Assembly (NCBI GenBank): GCA_964035545.1 | Contig: OZ037773.1 | Coordinates: 1,703,751 to 1,767,750, forward strand | Reading direction: 5' to 3' | Length of the DNA stretch: 64,000 nucleotides | DNA from: Bugula neritina | Taxonomy: Eukaryota > Animalia > Bryozoa | Shown here: one piece after another, positions 1 through 11,913 of the stretch | Layout of the letters: each line of letters starts with the position of its first letter | How positions within the stretch are numbered: the first letter of the stretch is position 1 | The notes under the pieces: generated by a model | What the model was told of the DNA's origin: nothing | The model's input: only the letters and a program-made list of their open reading frames with translations | Databases searched by the model: none | Translations under genes and position numbers: made by a program

Positions 1-984
1 CAACACCCACATCTAATCAAAACTCACTGAAAAGATCAATTTTCACCAAGAATAATATATTATATCTGTTTATAGGCATGGCATGTAATTATGCAATAGA
101 ATATGTCGTAACTAACCCAGACGTAAGCATGTCAACCCATGTTTACCTGTCAACTGATAAAATTTTTTATCTGTAATTGATGATTTAGGCACACGACTAA
201 TCTCCCCGTGTAGGAAGTCCCAACATAAGCCCACTGACCACAAGGTTGTAAGCCCAAAAGTTAAATCCATAATATAATGGATGATTATACTTTCACCAAT
301 AATCATTTAGTAATAAGTCATATTTTGTGAAGGTTGGTAGCAGATGCAGCCTAGTATGGTGACCCTAAGCTTCATAGCAATGTAATACACAATATGTTCA
401 GTATTTTTAATTTGGAATCGTCATCATAATTGCTGGCAACTTGGAACTAGCTCAAAGTGTGTGTGATATTCTTATACCCATGACACATACAGTGAAAAAA
501 GCTTCAGAAGTTGAATAAAACAGTTTGATACACGCCTCTACATGCTCAGAGCAACTATAAAACTACGTTCATTGATGCGGATGCAAGCATTGCAATAGAT
601 ATACATGTATACATGCTCTCAGAAAAATTACGTCATCAGCTTTCTTCAATAACCTAGAAAATGTGTTTCTCACTCCATCTTCTACTTAGCCTTGGTTCTA
701 ACGTACACATGCATAAACTAACTTCTTGCAAAGTTGAAAGAGCTTAAAATTCTTTATATTATTTAGTTTATATGTCTTTGCTTGAAATCTCAGCCCATAC
801 TTCAAGGTACTATGCTACATATTATGATATATCACATTGCATTTTAATGCGCTATATTGCTTTCTAAGAGATACAGTGGAATTTATTTGTTGTTTGCAGT
901 AGTTCTACTGACTGGCTGTAAATACATATGAGGCTGAATGCTGATTGTGTGTACTGGCGATTCAACATTATAGCATTGTACAAT

Positions 985-1290
985 ACTGTGTATAATACCA
1001 CATATAATACTACATATAATACTACATATAATACTACAAAAATACTACATATAATATGGCATAGAATACTGCATACAACACTGTATAGAATACTCTTCAC
1101 AATACTGAATATAATACTCCATACAATAATAGACACTAGTACATACAATACTGCATACAATACTGCATTCAATAGTGCATACAATACTGAATAAAATACT
1201 GCATACAATACTGCATACAATAGTGCATACAATACTGCATACAATACTGCATACAATACTGCATACAATACTACATACAATAATGCATAC
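985..1290. repeat. 12-bp minisatellite (AATACTGCATAC-type), degenerate
   Basis: Tandem AATACTGCATAC/AATACTACATAT units; explains the low-complexity ORFs at 864-1311. Confidence 0.9.
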
Positions 1291-1555
1291 GTATGCAAAA
1301 ATCAACATCAAGTAAAATACGAGTCATTAGAGTGAAAAATGTGTGAAAGAGATGAATACAGGAAATTCCTTAGTTTCAATTGAACATCAACGTTTAGTAT
1401 TAGTAGAAAACTGAGGGCCAAAGTAACACTGAGCATACAGCTGTCTTTGTAAAAGGAAACTCTTAGCCACTATGAATAGATTCAAGTTTAAAATATTTAT
1501 AAAGTTTTCTATTCTGTCATGTTTTGCTTTGTAAAGTGGCTATATATGTACATAA

Positions 1556-1980
1556 AAGGTAAGTATACAAGGTAACTATGCAAGGTAAGTATACGAGGTA
1601 TGTCTACAAAGTGAGTATACAAGGTAAGTATACAAAGTAAATCTACAAGGTATGCATGTATACAAAGTAAGTATACAAAGTAAGTATACAAGGTAAGTAT
1701 ACAAAGTAAATCTACAAGGTATGCATGTATACAAAGTAAGTATACAAAGTAAGTATACAAGGTAAGTATACAAGGTAAGTATACAAGGTAAGTATACAAG
1801 GTAAGTATACAAGGTAAGTATACAAGGTAAGTATACAAGGTAAGTATACAAGGTAAGTATACAAGGTAAGTATACAAGGTAAGTATACAAGGTAAGTATA
1901 CAAGGTAAGTATACAAGGTAAGTATACGAGGTATGTATACAAAGTAAATCTACAAGGTAAGTATGCAAAGTAAGTATACA
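1556..1980. repeat. 13-bp minisatellite (CAAGGTAAGTATA)n
   Basis: About 30 tandem units, perfect from ~1758 to ~1927; explains the YTYLVYLPCILTL ORFs. Confidence 0.95.
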
Positions 1981-2554
1981 TGATAAGTAGGCCTCAAAAA
2001 TATTTAAAAAGTTGATGACAACATTTCAACATTATTGTAATATAATTTTTTTGTTATGAGCCATGCAGCTTTTTAAAAGTCATAGGTTTTGACAGGCATT
2101 CGCCGTTTTAAATTATGATTTTATATTATTTTGCTTATATTAAAATATTGACAGTTTATTTTATTATATTATTAAATAGAATATAATGTACAGCCCACAC
2201 TTGTTTATAACTTTGCAATGTTAGAGATTTAGATTTCTGAAACCTAGCTATCCCTCTACATGCATGCATGCATACCAACACCATCACCATGCGCTTAATT
2301 CTAATAGAATGTGATTGGTATAGCTGCATACTTTTTCCAGAAGAATTTAAAGGAAGTCTTGATGATCCTTTTTAGGGAAGTGGCACTACAAACTTGCAAA
2401 TCCCCGGAATCCAATGTGTGAATGTGTTAGTAAGTGAAATGGAAGTTGGTAATACCATGCTGTGACCCACATTACTTGGAGATTACCAGATGTAAAGGAC
2501 ACTAAAGACAATCTAATCATCTCCAGATTGCAGATTATATTCAGAGTCGGAGGG

Positions 2555-2622
2555 TATATAAGGGGAGAGTTGAGGAGAGATTTTCATATCATCTTCTAAC
2601 AGCCCAGAAGAATAATATCAAA
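2555..2622 (+). promoter_or_regulatory. TATA box and probable non-coding first exon of the TSR gene
   Basis: TATATAA at 2555-2561, Inr-like TCATATC ~30 nt downstream, donor AA|GTAAGT at 2623; the next acceptor (2997-2998) lies 1 nt before the ATG at 3000. Confidence 0.65.
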
Positions 2623-2999
2623 GTAAGTAGTTGAGTTTACATAATATATAGTTTATTTTGTGTAGTGAACTGGTAGTATGAGTAAAGACTTTGTTAAAAC
2701 CAGTGTTGACTTTAATAAATAACTGAATTTCATACAGTTGAAGTATTATACTTACTAATATTTTAAGAGTTATAAAATCTTACAAGTTATATGCTAATTT
2801 TTAGGTTTTATTTATTTGCTAACATTCACTGAAACTTTTTAAGGATTTTATCAGCAGCTTGGTTAAATAATTCATGTAACAGTAACAGTACCAGTTTTGC
2901 ATAGTTTGTAGAATTATATCGGGAAGTTATATTATGTTTTTAATAATTGATGAAAAATGATGGAAACATAGTATTAATACAAAGCTTTTGTTTTATAGA

Positions 3000-5900
3000 A
3001 TGGTGTCTCGCTCAGTTGTTCTGCTTTCTCTCGCTGCACTCATTGGTAAGTGACTAACTCACCCTGACATTAAACAAGTAACCTTCTGCAACATTTAACT
3101 TGAGCACGACTTTTGAAAGGTAGAGCATTGCTAAAATGACACATGCTTAATAATTTATTTTAGGAGTAACTTTAGCTGCTGGAAGCTATGGGAAACCAAA
3201 ACATGATGATGTAGAGGACATACCAGTAGACCATGATCCAGTTCCCCATAATCCGGATGGTAAGATTTATTTACTAATTTACTACCTAATTGCAATAATG
3301 AACAACTAGATAGTGCCTAAATGCCTACAAAATGAAAAAGTAAATCGTGAGATAGCTTTATTTAGCTGAATTGCCAAGGTTTTAGATTGCTGTTGTTCTT
3401 GAAACTCAAAATTCTGCAAAATCTGATGTTTTGCATTCACTGTTAAGCCCCCTCCCCTCAATTGTATATTTCTAGTAAAATTTTCTTTTTGGTATTTAAT
3501 CGATTTTTGTTGTTGTAAATTTTTACTAAAGAGATGCATTTAAAATAGAGTCCGTTAACAAAAAAGGCAGCAAAGTGAAAAGTATGCTAGTGTATGAAAT
3601 ATAATACTTTAAATAAATCCTAAGCTTACATGATACTGACTAACCAGTAGTGATATATCAGTGGTGTACTTGGCATGATATACAACTTAGTACAGATGAG
3701 GTTGTTGAGGTTGTAGCCACGGATGTTAAATAAACTGGATGTACAATACAAAGTCTTATTGTTGCCATAGAAACAACAATAACTAATGCAATGATTCGCT
3801 ATTTTACAGGTTTTAAGCTAGAAGGTAAATGGAGTTCCTGGAGCTCTTGGTCAAAGTGCAGCAAGACCTGTGATGGTGGATCCCAGAGTAGATCTAGAGT
3901 CTGCCAGAAACCAAAATACCTGAAATATGTTCACAACCGAGTTGTTCCATTCAAATGTAGCGGATCTAGTTCAGAGACCAGAGCATGCAACACACAGGGC
4001 TGTCCAGGCAAGTGAAATAGGCTACGGTGCCTCAGTTAACTGACACTGTATGAAATCTATTAATGGTAAAGTCAAGGGTTATGAAACCCCAAATGAGCAC
4101 TAGGCTTAGCCTAGTTCAATCTATAGTCAATTCTGGGTGTTTCATAGTCTCTAGTACATGAGCCAAAGTGATATAAATTTACTTTTAAGTCAAGCTGTAC
4201 AGTAAATGAGACAGGTGTTTCTAATTATGTAGTTGATGGTATGTGGACACAATGGAGCCAATGGGCAACATGCTGTGGAGGTAAACAACAGTCTAGAATG
4301 AGAACTTGTACCAACCCATCTCCTTCTAATGGTGGTGCTGATTGTGCTGGAGATGATAAGCAGAAAAGACCAGTCGGTAAGATTTTAGGATAAGCACTAT
4401 TTTTAGCAATCTTCCAAGTTTAGAAATAAAACAGTCTAAACATCCAATGCACCAAAAAATTACATTAGTCCTGAAATTTTCTTGATTATGAACAGTCGAT
4501 GGCATGTGGAGCCAGTGGAGCCAATGGGCAACATGTTGTGGAGGTAAACAACAATCTAGAATGAGAACCTGTACCAACCCATCTCCTTCCAATGGTGGTG
4601 CTGATTGTACTGGAGATGACAAGCAAAAAAGACCAATTGGTGAGAATCACAAAAACATTGGACACTGAAATAATTATTTGTAAAACTAATATCAAAGTAT
4701 ATGTCTTTGCAACACACGTGTTGATGCAGGGTTTTTAATTTCCTTAGTTGATGGTATGTGGAGCCAGTGGAGCCAATGGGCAACATGTTGTGGAGGTGAA
4801 CAACAATCTAGAATGAGAACCTGTACCAACCCATCTCCTTCCAATGGTGGTGCTGATTGTGTTGGAGATGACAAGCAAAAAAGACCAGTTGGTAAGAATT
4901 CCGATCAATTTTAAAGATTTATTTGTTTTTTTTAAAAAATTAACCTTTAAAAAATTATTATATGATGGTAAGTTTAATTTTGTTATTTTGATTTTAAAAT
5001 TTTTTTTTTACAGTCAACGGCATGTGGAGCCAGTGGAGCCAATGGGCAACTTGCTGTGGAGGTAAACAACAATCTAGAATGAGAACCTGTACCAACCCAT
5101 CTCCTTCCAACGGTGGTGCTGATTGTACTGGAGATGACAAGCAGAAAAGACCAATTGGTAAGCATCACAAAAAGATTTGACACTGAAATTATCATAAATA
5201 GAACTAGCATCAAAGTATTATGTTCTTGTAAAACAGAAAAATTAATATAGCTTTTTTAATTTCCTTAGTTGATGGTATGTGGAGCCAATGGAGCCAATGG
5301 GCAACATGTTGTGGAGGTAAACAACAATCTAGAATGAGAACCTGTACGAACCCAGCTCCTTCTAATGGTGGTGCTGATTGTACTGGAGATGATAAGCAAA
5401 AAAGACCAATTGGTGAGAATCACAAAATGGTTTGACACAGAAAATATTAATATTAATAGAACAAGTATCCAAGTTATTATACTCTTGCAAAATAGTATTG
5501 CTATAATTAATTTCTATTTCTTTAGTTGATGGCATGTGGAGTCAATGGGGCCAATGGGCAACTTGCTGTGGAGGTGAACAACAATCTAGAATGAGAACCT
5601 GTACAAACCCAGCTCCTTCCAATGGTGGTGCTGATTGTACTGGAGATGATAAGCAGAAAAGACCAGTTGGTGAGATTTTCAAGCAACTTTAAAACATTAT
5701 CTTGTGGTTTTAAAAAAACTCACTAAAAGTATTACATGATATCAAGTTTAGTTTTATCATTTTGGTTATTTTAACTTTTTGATAGTCAATGGTGTGTGGA
5801 CACAATGGAGCCAATGGGCAACATGTTGTGGAGGTGAACAACAATCTAGAATGAGAACTTGTACCAACCCAGCTCCCTCCAATGGTGGTGCTGATTGTGC

Positions 5901-7942
5901 CGGAGATGATAAGCAAAAAAGACCAGTTGGTGAGATTTTAGGACAAACACTATTTTATCAATCTTTTGAAAGTGATCAACAGTTCTAAAAATCCAATATA
6001 CTAACAAAGCGTAATAAAAACCTTCTTTTTTCTAATAGTCAATGGTATGTGGAGCCAATGGAGCCAATGGGCAACATGTTGTGGAGGTGAACAACAGTCT
6101 AGAATGAGAACCTGTACCAACCCATCTCCTTCCAACGGTGGTGCTGATTGTGCTGGAGATGACAAGCAGAAAAGACCAATTGGTGAGAATCACAAAAAGA
6201 TTTTATACTGAAATCATCATAAATAAAACTAGAATCAAAGTAATATTTTCTTGTAAAACAGAAAAATTAATATAGATTTTTTAATTTCCTTAGTTGATGG
6301 CATGTGGAGCCAATGGAGCCAATGGGCAACATGTTGTGGAGGTAAACAACAATCTAGAATGAGAACCTGTACCAACCCAGCTCCTTCTAATGGTGGTGCT
6401 GATTGTGCTGGAGATGATAAGCAGAAAAGACCAATTGGTAAGAATCACAAAACAATTTTACATAGAAATTATTATAAATAGAACTAGCATCAAAGTAATA
6501 TGTTCTTGTAAAACAGAAAAATTAACATAACTTTTTTAATTTCCTTAGTTGATGGTATGTGGAGCCAATGGAGCCAATGGGCAACATGCTGTGGAGGTAA
6601 ACAACAATCTAGAATGAGGACCTGCACCAACCCATCTCCTTCTAATGGTGGTGCTGATTGTGCTGGAGATGATAAGCAGAAAAGACCAATTGGTGAGAAT
6701 CACAAAATGGTTTGACGCAGAAAATATTATTATTAATAGAACATGTATCCAAGTTATTACTCTTGCAAAATAGTATTGCTATAATTAATTTCTATTTCTT
6801 TAGTTGATGGCATGTGGAGTCAATGGAGCCAATGGGCAACATGCTGTGGAGGTGAACAACAATCTAGAATGAGAACCTGTACCAACCCAGCCCCTTCTAA
6901 TGGTGGTGCTGATTGCGCTGGAGATGATAAACAGAAAAGACCAGTTGGTAAGAAATCAATAAAGTTTAAAGACTTATTTTGCACTTTTAGTATAAACTTT
7001 TCTAAATGCTTTACATGATACAAAGCTTACTTTGGTTGTTTTGACTTTTTAAATTTTTAAACAGTCAATGGTATGTGGAGCCAATGGAGCCCATGGGCAA
7101 CATGCTGTGGAGGTGAACAACAATCTAGAATGAGGACCTGTACCAACCCATCTCCTTCCAATGGTGGTGCTGATTGTGCTGGAGATGATAAGCAGAAAAG
7201 ACCAGTTGGTAAGTTATCTAAATGGTGATTAGCATAACTATTGAAAATTTTCCATATCTAAACAAATTTCTTTAGACAGTTGTTAACACTTATATTCATC
7301 ATTTCTCACAGTCAATGGAGTATGGTCCGAGTGGTCAAAGTATAGCTCTTGTTCCAAGACCTGTGGAGGAGGTATACAAACCCGTAAAAGGTTCTGCAAC
7401 AACCCTGCTCCATCTAATGACGGTAGTGATTGCCAAGGAGCTAGTTCTGAGTCCCAGACTTGCAAGAACTTCCCTTGCAAAGGTCAGTCACTTTGAACAG
7501 TATTACCGCTTTTCAAATGCTTGTGACATTTACACAGTGGCTCGAGCTTGATAGGCAATAATCCCATGACTTTTCTTGTTCACAGTTCATTCCTGGTCTA
7601 ACTGGACTCAATGGACAGACTGCTCAAAGCCATGCAATGGCACCAGATCCAGAAGCAGAACTTGTCTCTACTCTCCCAAAGTTCATGGAAAACACTTTTG
7701 TCAAGGCAAGAGTCATGAGAGAGCTCCTTGTAACCAAAGCAAACACTGTAAGTATTTATTGTAAGTTATTAGTATTGGTTTGGTGAGGAATACTTCAGCC
7801 ATCTATTTTACTGTTCTGTTGACACATGAGTTATCTTTCCTTTGCTGCTTGCAATAATTTTGATCAAATTTTTTCATAGGTACATGAACGTGGCTCAAAT
7901 TTGCATGTTTAAACTTTTGTAGGCAATGATGGCTACTACTAA
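3000..7942 (+). CDS. Secreted thrombospondin type-1 repeat protein, ~806 aa, 15 TSR-type modules (3 with six Cys, 12 truncated 4-Cys copies)
   Basis: Coding exons 3000-3045, 3164-3259, 3810-4007, twelve 144-nt exons (4233-4376, 4496-4639, 4748-4891, 5014-5157, 5269-5412, 5526-5669, 5786-5929, 6039-6182, 6294-6437, 6549-6692, 6804-6947, 7065-7208), 7312-7482, 7586-7747, 7923-7942. All introns are phase 1 and the total of 2421 nt is in frame. Signal peptide [20 protein letters not shown]; WxxWxxWxxC and RxRxC motifs; ends CNDGYY-stop; AATAAA at 8041. Confidence 0.92.
4233..7208 (+). repeat. Tandem exon-intron array, 12 units, period ~252-266 bp
   Basis: Invariant 144-nt exons separated by 108-122-nt introns that fall into about four recognisable sequence classes. 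Confidence 0.97.
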
Positions 7943-8798
7943 TCTGTGACTTCTCTAAAGATCTGTGGGATCTTCAACATTCACTAATGTTAAACGCTTG
8001 AGAATTTTGTTATATTCATAACTTTTTCTTTGTTGGTTTAAATAAAATATATTGTTGGCAACCATAACTTTCATCTTCTCTATTTGATTATGATGGTTCA
8101 TGCATAACAGCTCTAAGTGGGTTAAGAAGTTTATACTTAGTTCCATTATAATGACATTCATAAGTGATATTTACGCTCTCTCAAGTAGTAGTTAATGTTG
8201 GTATTGCACTAGTGTAGCATTTAGCCATTGAAAAACTTTAATGAAATGAATAGAGTTGTCTTCTCCATTATTAGACATGGTTTAAAGTGACATTGTATAA
8301 CATTTGTTACTAGAAAAACTTCTAGCTTGTCAGAATTCTGCTTGTAATTCGGACTGACAACTGTGCATGGAGTCACCCTTTGCACATGACTGTTTTAACT
8401 ACAATTATTTTCATCCTTACACTTGATACAGAATCTGTTTTTGGTGATTAATTAACTTTTGCTGTCATGATATTTTAAGATTTAAGGAGCAAGTTATGAT
8501 TTGCAAGTGAAACATCAACAAAGTTTATAGATAATGAAGCTTCTTATTTCTGGTTTGGTCAATGCACAAAATATTATATAAAATAGAATACCAAGAGAGA
8601 TGTTCAACATTAATGACAACGCATGCATGAAGTTGAGGTTATACTTTCAAAATTTCAAGTGAGAGGTGTAAACCCAACTTTAGAATTCGAGTGATTACAA
8701 AAATAATATAAATGATTTGCTATTATGAAGTTGTCTATAAAAAAAGCGTTTTTGAAAGATCTAAAATTTAAGGAGTGACACAGTTTGACCTATTGCAG

Positions 8799-11700
8799 CT
8801 AGTCTGAGTATTTCTCGCAGACAAAGTCAGCAATTCCACTGCAGATAAAGTCATCAAACCCATTGCCATGACTAGGGCCAAAGATCTGAAAACAGTTTCC
8901 AGTACCATCGGGTTGGTGAGCGTTGAAATAATTTGTGTTGACAGGAGAGCCATTGTCCCAGCGCCAGACACCCGTAAGCAGGTCCTTGCTTGCACCAACT
9001 ATGATGATCGAACTGCTCCACTCTACAATGAGTAGCGTCTTTTGTACTTGGTAAGTAAGATGGCACTTTTCTTTAGCCAAAAGACTCATTGTCTATGTAA
9101 CTATGTGACTATGTAACTATGTGACTATGTGACTATGTGACTATGTGACTTTGTGACTATGTGACTATGGGACTATGTGACTATGTGACTATGTGACTAT
9201 GTAAATATGTAACTAGGTAATTTCAGCTTTAAAATATTTGGTGACTTAGGTTAATATGAGTTGTTAGTTTGCGATTAAAGCAAACAAATTTTCAGTTAGA
9301 GATTATCTTAACAGCATAGTTATACTTTGTTTTTCCATTTTAGCCATCTGAATTATAAAAAGACATGTTATGAACAAGGTGATTGAGCACTCAATAAATA
9401 ATCATTGCATTTGTTTGAACAAGTAAGCTGTTTGTTGCAGTTGAGAGAAATATTCAGGAAATTACGCATTGGGTATTAGAATGATCTTTCAATATTCCAT
9501 TACAACTGACGCACACTAATCTGAAAAAAGTAAGACTTTATAAACAATAATGCGATAATTTTTTGAGTACACTGTTATTAGCAGTATTTTGTTTAAAGTC
9601 ACGTAGGAAATCCATAAACACCATGGAGTCTGAAAATCTCTACCGGCAGGTATAAAATTACAAAATATTTGCACTGCAGTCTTCTAAAGTTGTCAATTAT
9701 ACCTGGGCTTGTGGTACGTAGGTGGATGAACCACTCTCTTGACATATCTGTGTCGAATACGGCAAGAGAAGAGTGGAACTGCTGGCAGTAAGCTCGCGCT
9801 TCTGCAGTGTTTCTCCCCATAAACAACCTCATGCAGCTTTTATTAATAGGATTCCGTATCCACCCAACTTCACAAGGTACTGAAGCTAAAAGGTAAACAA
9901 TGATTTGAGTTGCGGTGGCTTACAACTAGCATTCACTAGGCTTCCATGCTTGGAATGGACTCTCATGCGGGTTACATAAAATAAAAACTGCAGGTTCCTA
10001 TGGATAATCTGTACAAATTTAAGAAAAAAGTAATTCAAACTTTTTCAGCCCTTTTATTTTACTGCCAAAAATGCAATCCTGTTGCTGCATCATAAAGTAA
10101 ACAAGCATGGCTAATTTTGAGTCTGTGTGAATAATTAACAGCATTTTTATGTCTCTCATTTTGCTTCAGTATTTGCTAAATTTAGTTTATTAGTTACACA
10201 AAATTTAAGCTGCAATTTTTTAAAGCTAAAAAAAGCATAAAATAATAAAATCTTAGATGAAGTTTATGGTGCATAAAGCAAAAGCTCACTAAAAGTTTTA
10301 GAAATAAAAATATTTGTCAATTTATTTTAGGCTCTGGAATATTTTTAGTTGCAGAAAAAATATATAGATCAAATGTGGTTAGTGATTATATAAAATATAG
10401 TAGCTAAGACAAATAAAATAATTACATTAACCTTGTTATAAATTGAACTGTATCTTAGAAGTATGTCATAGCTTATGGGAGTTGCTGATAATTATTTTTT
10501 CCCATTATATAACCATTTGCCATCAAATGATCTGTTCCCATACTCTGAATTATGTGAATGCCCACCTTCATTCTAACGAACCATTCTAATCGATTTTTGC
10601 GCTTTCAAAAACACTGTTTCCATGCATTAAATAAGAAAGCTTGGCAGATAATGCTAAGCTACGACTTCTTCATGTTTTAATAATGAAGTAGCATAATCAA
10701 TTACAGCAAGTGTGTTTACCTTATGTACATACTACAAATATTACAACAGCATGTTCTACAATTTATATTACACATGACTACATACCACATTATACACTAC
10801 AAATTGGTGACGTTACGCTGTATAGTACTAGACTACATACTGTATACTATATTATACTACATACTACACTACACTACACTACACTACATTATACTATACC
10901 ATATAATGTACTATATAATATACAGTACAACACACTTTATATTACACTATACCACATAATATAATATATACTATGCAATATACTGTACAATATACTACAC
11001 AATATGATATACAATATACTACACTACACCATATATACTATACTATATACTACACTATACTATATAACATACAGCATACCCCACTTGTTATTACACTATA
11101 CCATATATATACTATACTGTACAATATACTATACTATATATACTATACAATATACTACACTATACTATATTATATACTATACTATATTATACTACACTAT
11201 ACTGTCCTATACACTATAATATATTATACTACACTATACTGTCCTATACACTATAATATATTACACTATACTGCACTGTGTGCATTGACAAAGCTTTTAA
11301 ACATAGAATCTGTTTGTTGAGCTTCAAACTACACTTTACCTTTTTCATACAGTGTAGGGGGAGACAACATCACAGGAAGACTCGTGCTTTTTGGGAATGA
11401 CTCGTACTTGGACAGAAAGCAGACTGTTGAGTCAAAGGCATAGGATTGGCAGCTCAAGTCTACAAGGCATTGCAGAGAGCAGACCTCTAAAGAAGAGGCA
11501 GCGAGTGAGGTCACCTGAATCATTACTTTGCCCTCTTTCTTTGAGCTGAGTGCAGCAGAGCCGGCTGAAACTTTCTGCAGATGGATATCGAAAGTATGAC
11601 AAGTAGTAGTGATAAGAACTACTGCTGTTTGCTAATATAGAAGGCAAGTGTATTTTGGGAAGGCAACGTGTATTTTGGGACAACTAGTTAAAATGAGTAT

Positions 11701-11913
11701 GAGTTTTGTGCTTTTAACCCATAATGATAATTTTTAGCAAAACACTTTTTGCTATTTTTTTATTACATTGAATCTTAATTAGAGACATCACATTATAACC
11801 ACAAAGATAATCTATGATATATAAGCTATAGAGGTACACAGTTAATAGATTTTCACCTTGGCAATGAATGTCACCAATACAATAACCAAAATGCAGTAAC
11901 GGCTTCTTGTCAT
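8799..11913 (-). CDS. Secreted PAN/apple-like plus C-type lectin domain protein, ~232 aa
   Basis: Exons 11913-11857 (MTRSRYCILVIVLVTFIAK), 11574-11340 (CSLQC..CQSYAF..CFL, apple-like), 9885-9703 (PCEVGW..SC..ARAYC; an alternative in-frame acceptor lies 6 nt downstream), 9022-8799 (WRW.NG..QPD..NC..FDD..C..FVCE). Phases 0,1,1 are consistent; 699 nt. Confidence 0.85.
9092..9215. repeat. 8-bp tandem repeat (CTATGTGA)n in a lectin intron
   Basis: About 15 direct copies. Confidence 0.95.
10820..11275. repeat. Degenerate (TATAC/TACAC)n microsatellite
   Basis: Low-complexity pentamer tract that produces spurious Y/T/I-rich ORFs. Confidence 0.9.

Noticed and set aside
112-306. Minus-strand 64-aa ORF with a possible donor (CAG|GTAAAC) near 147
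   Set aside because: No recognisable motif, and any downstream exons would be outside the window, so it cannot be supported.
864-1981. Several overlapping Y/V/L/C-rich ORFs
   Set aside because: Translations of the 12-bp and 13-bp minisatellites.
4233-7208. Repeat-spacer periodicity resembling a CRISPR array
   Set aside because: The repeats are 144-nt coding exons and the spacers are GT-AG introns related to each other; eukaryotic context and no cas genes.
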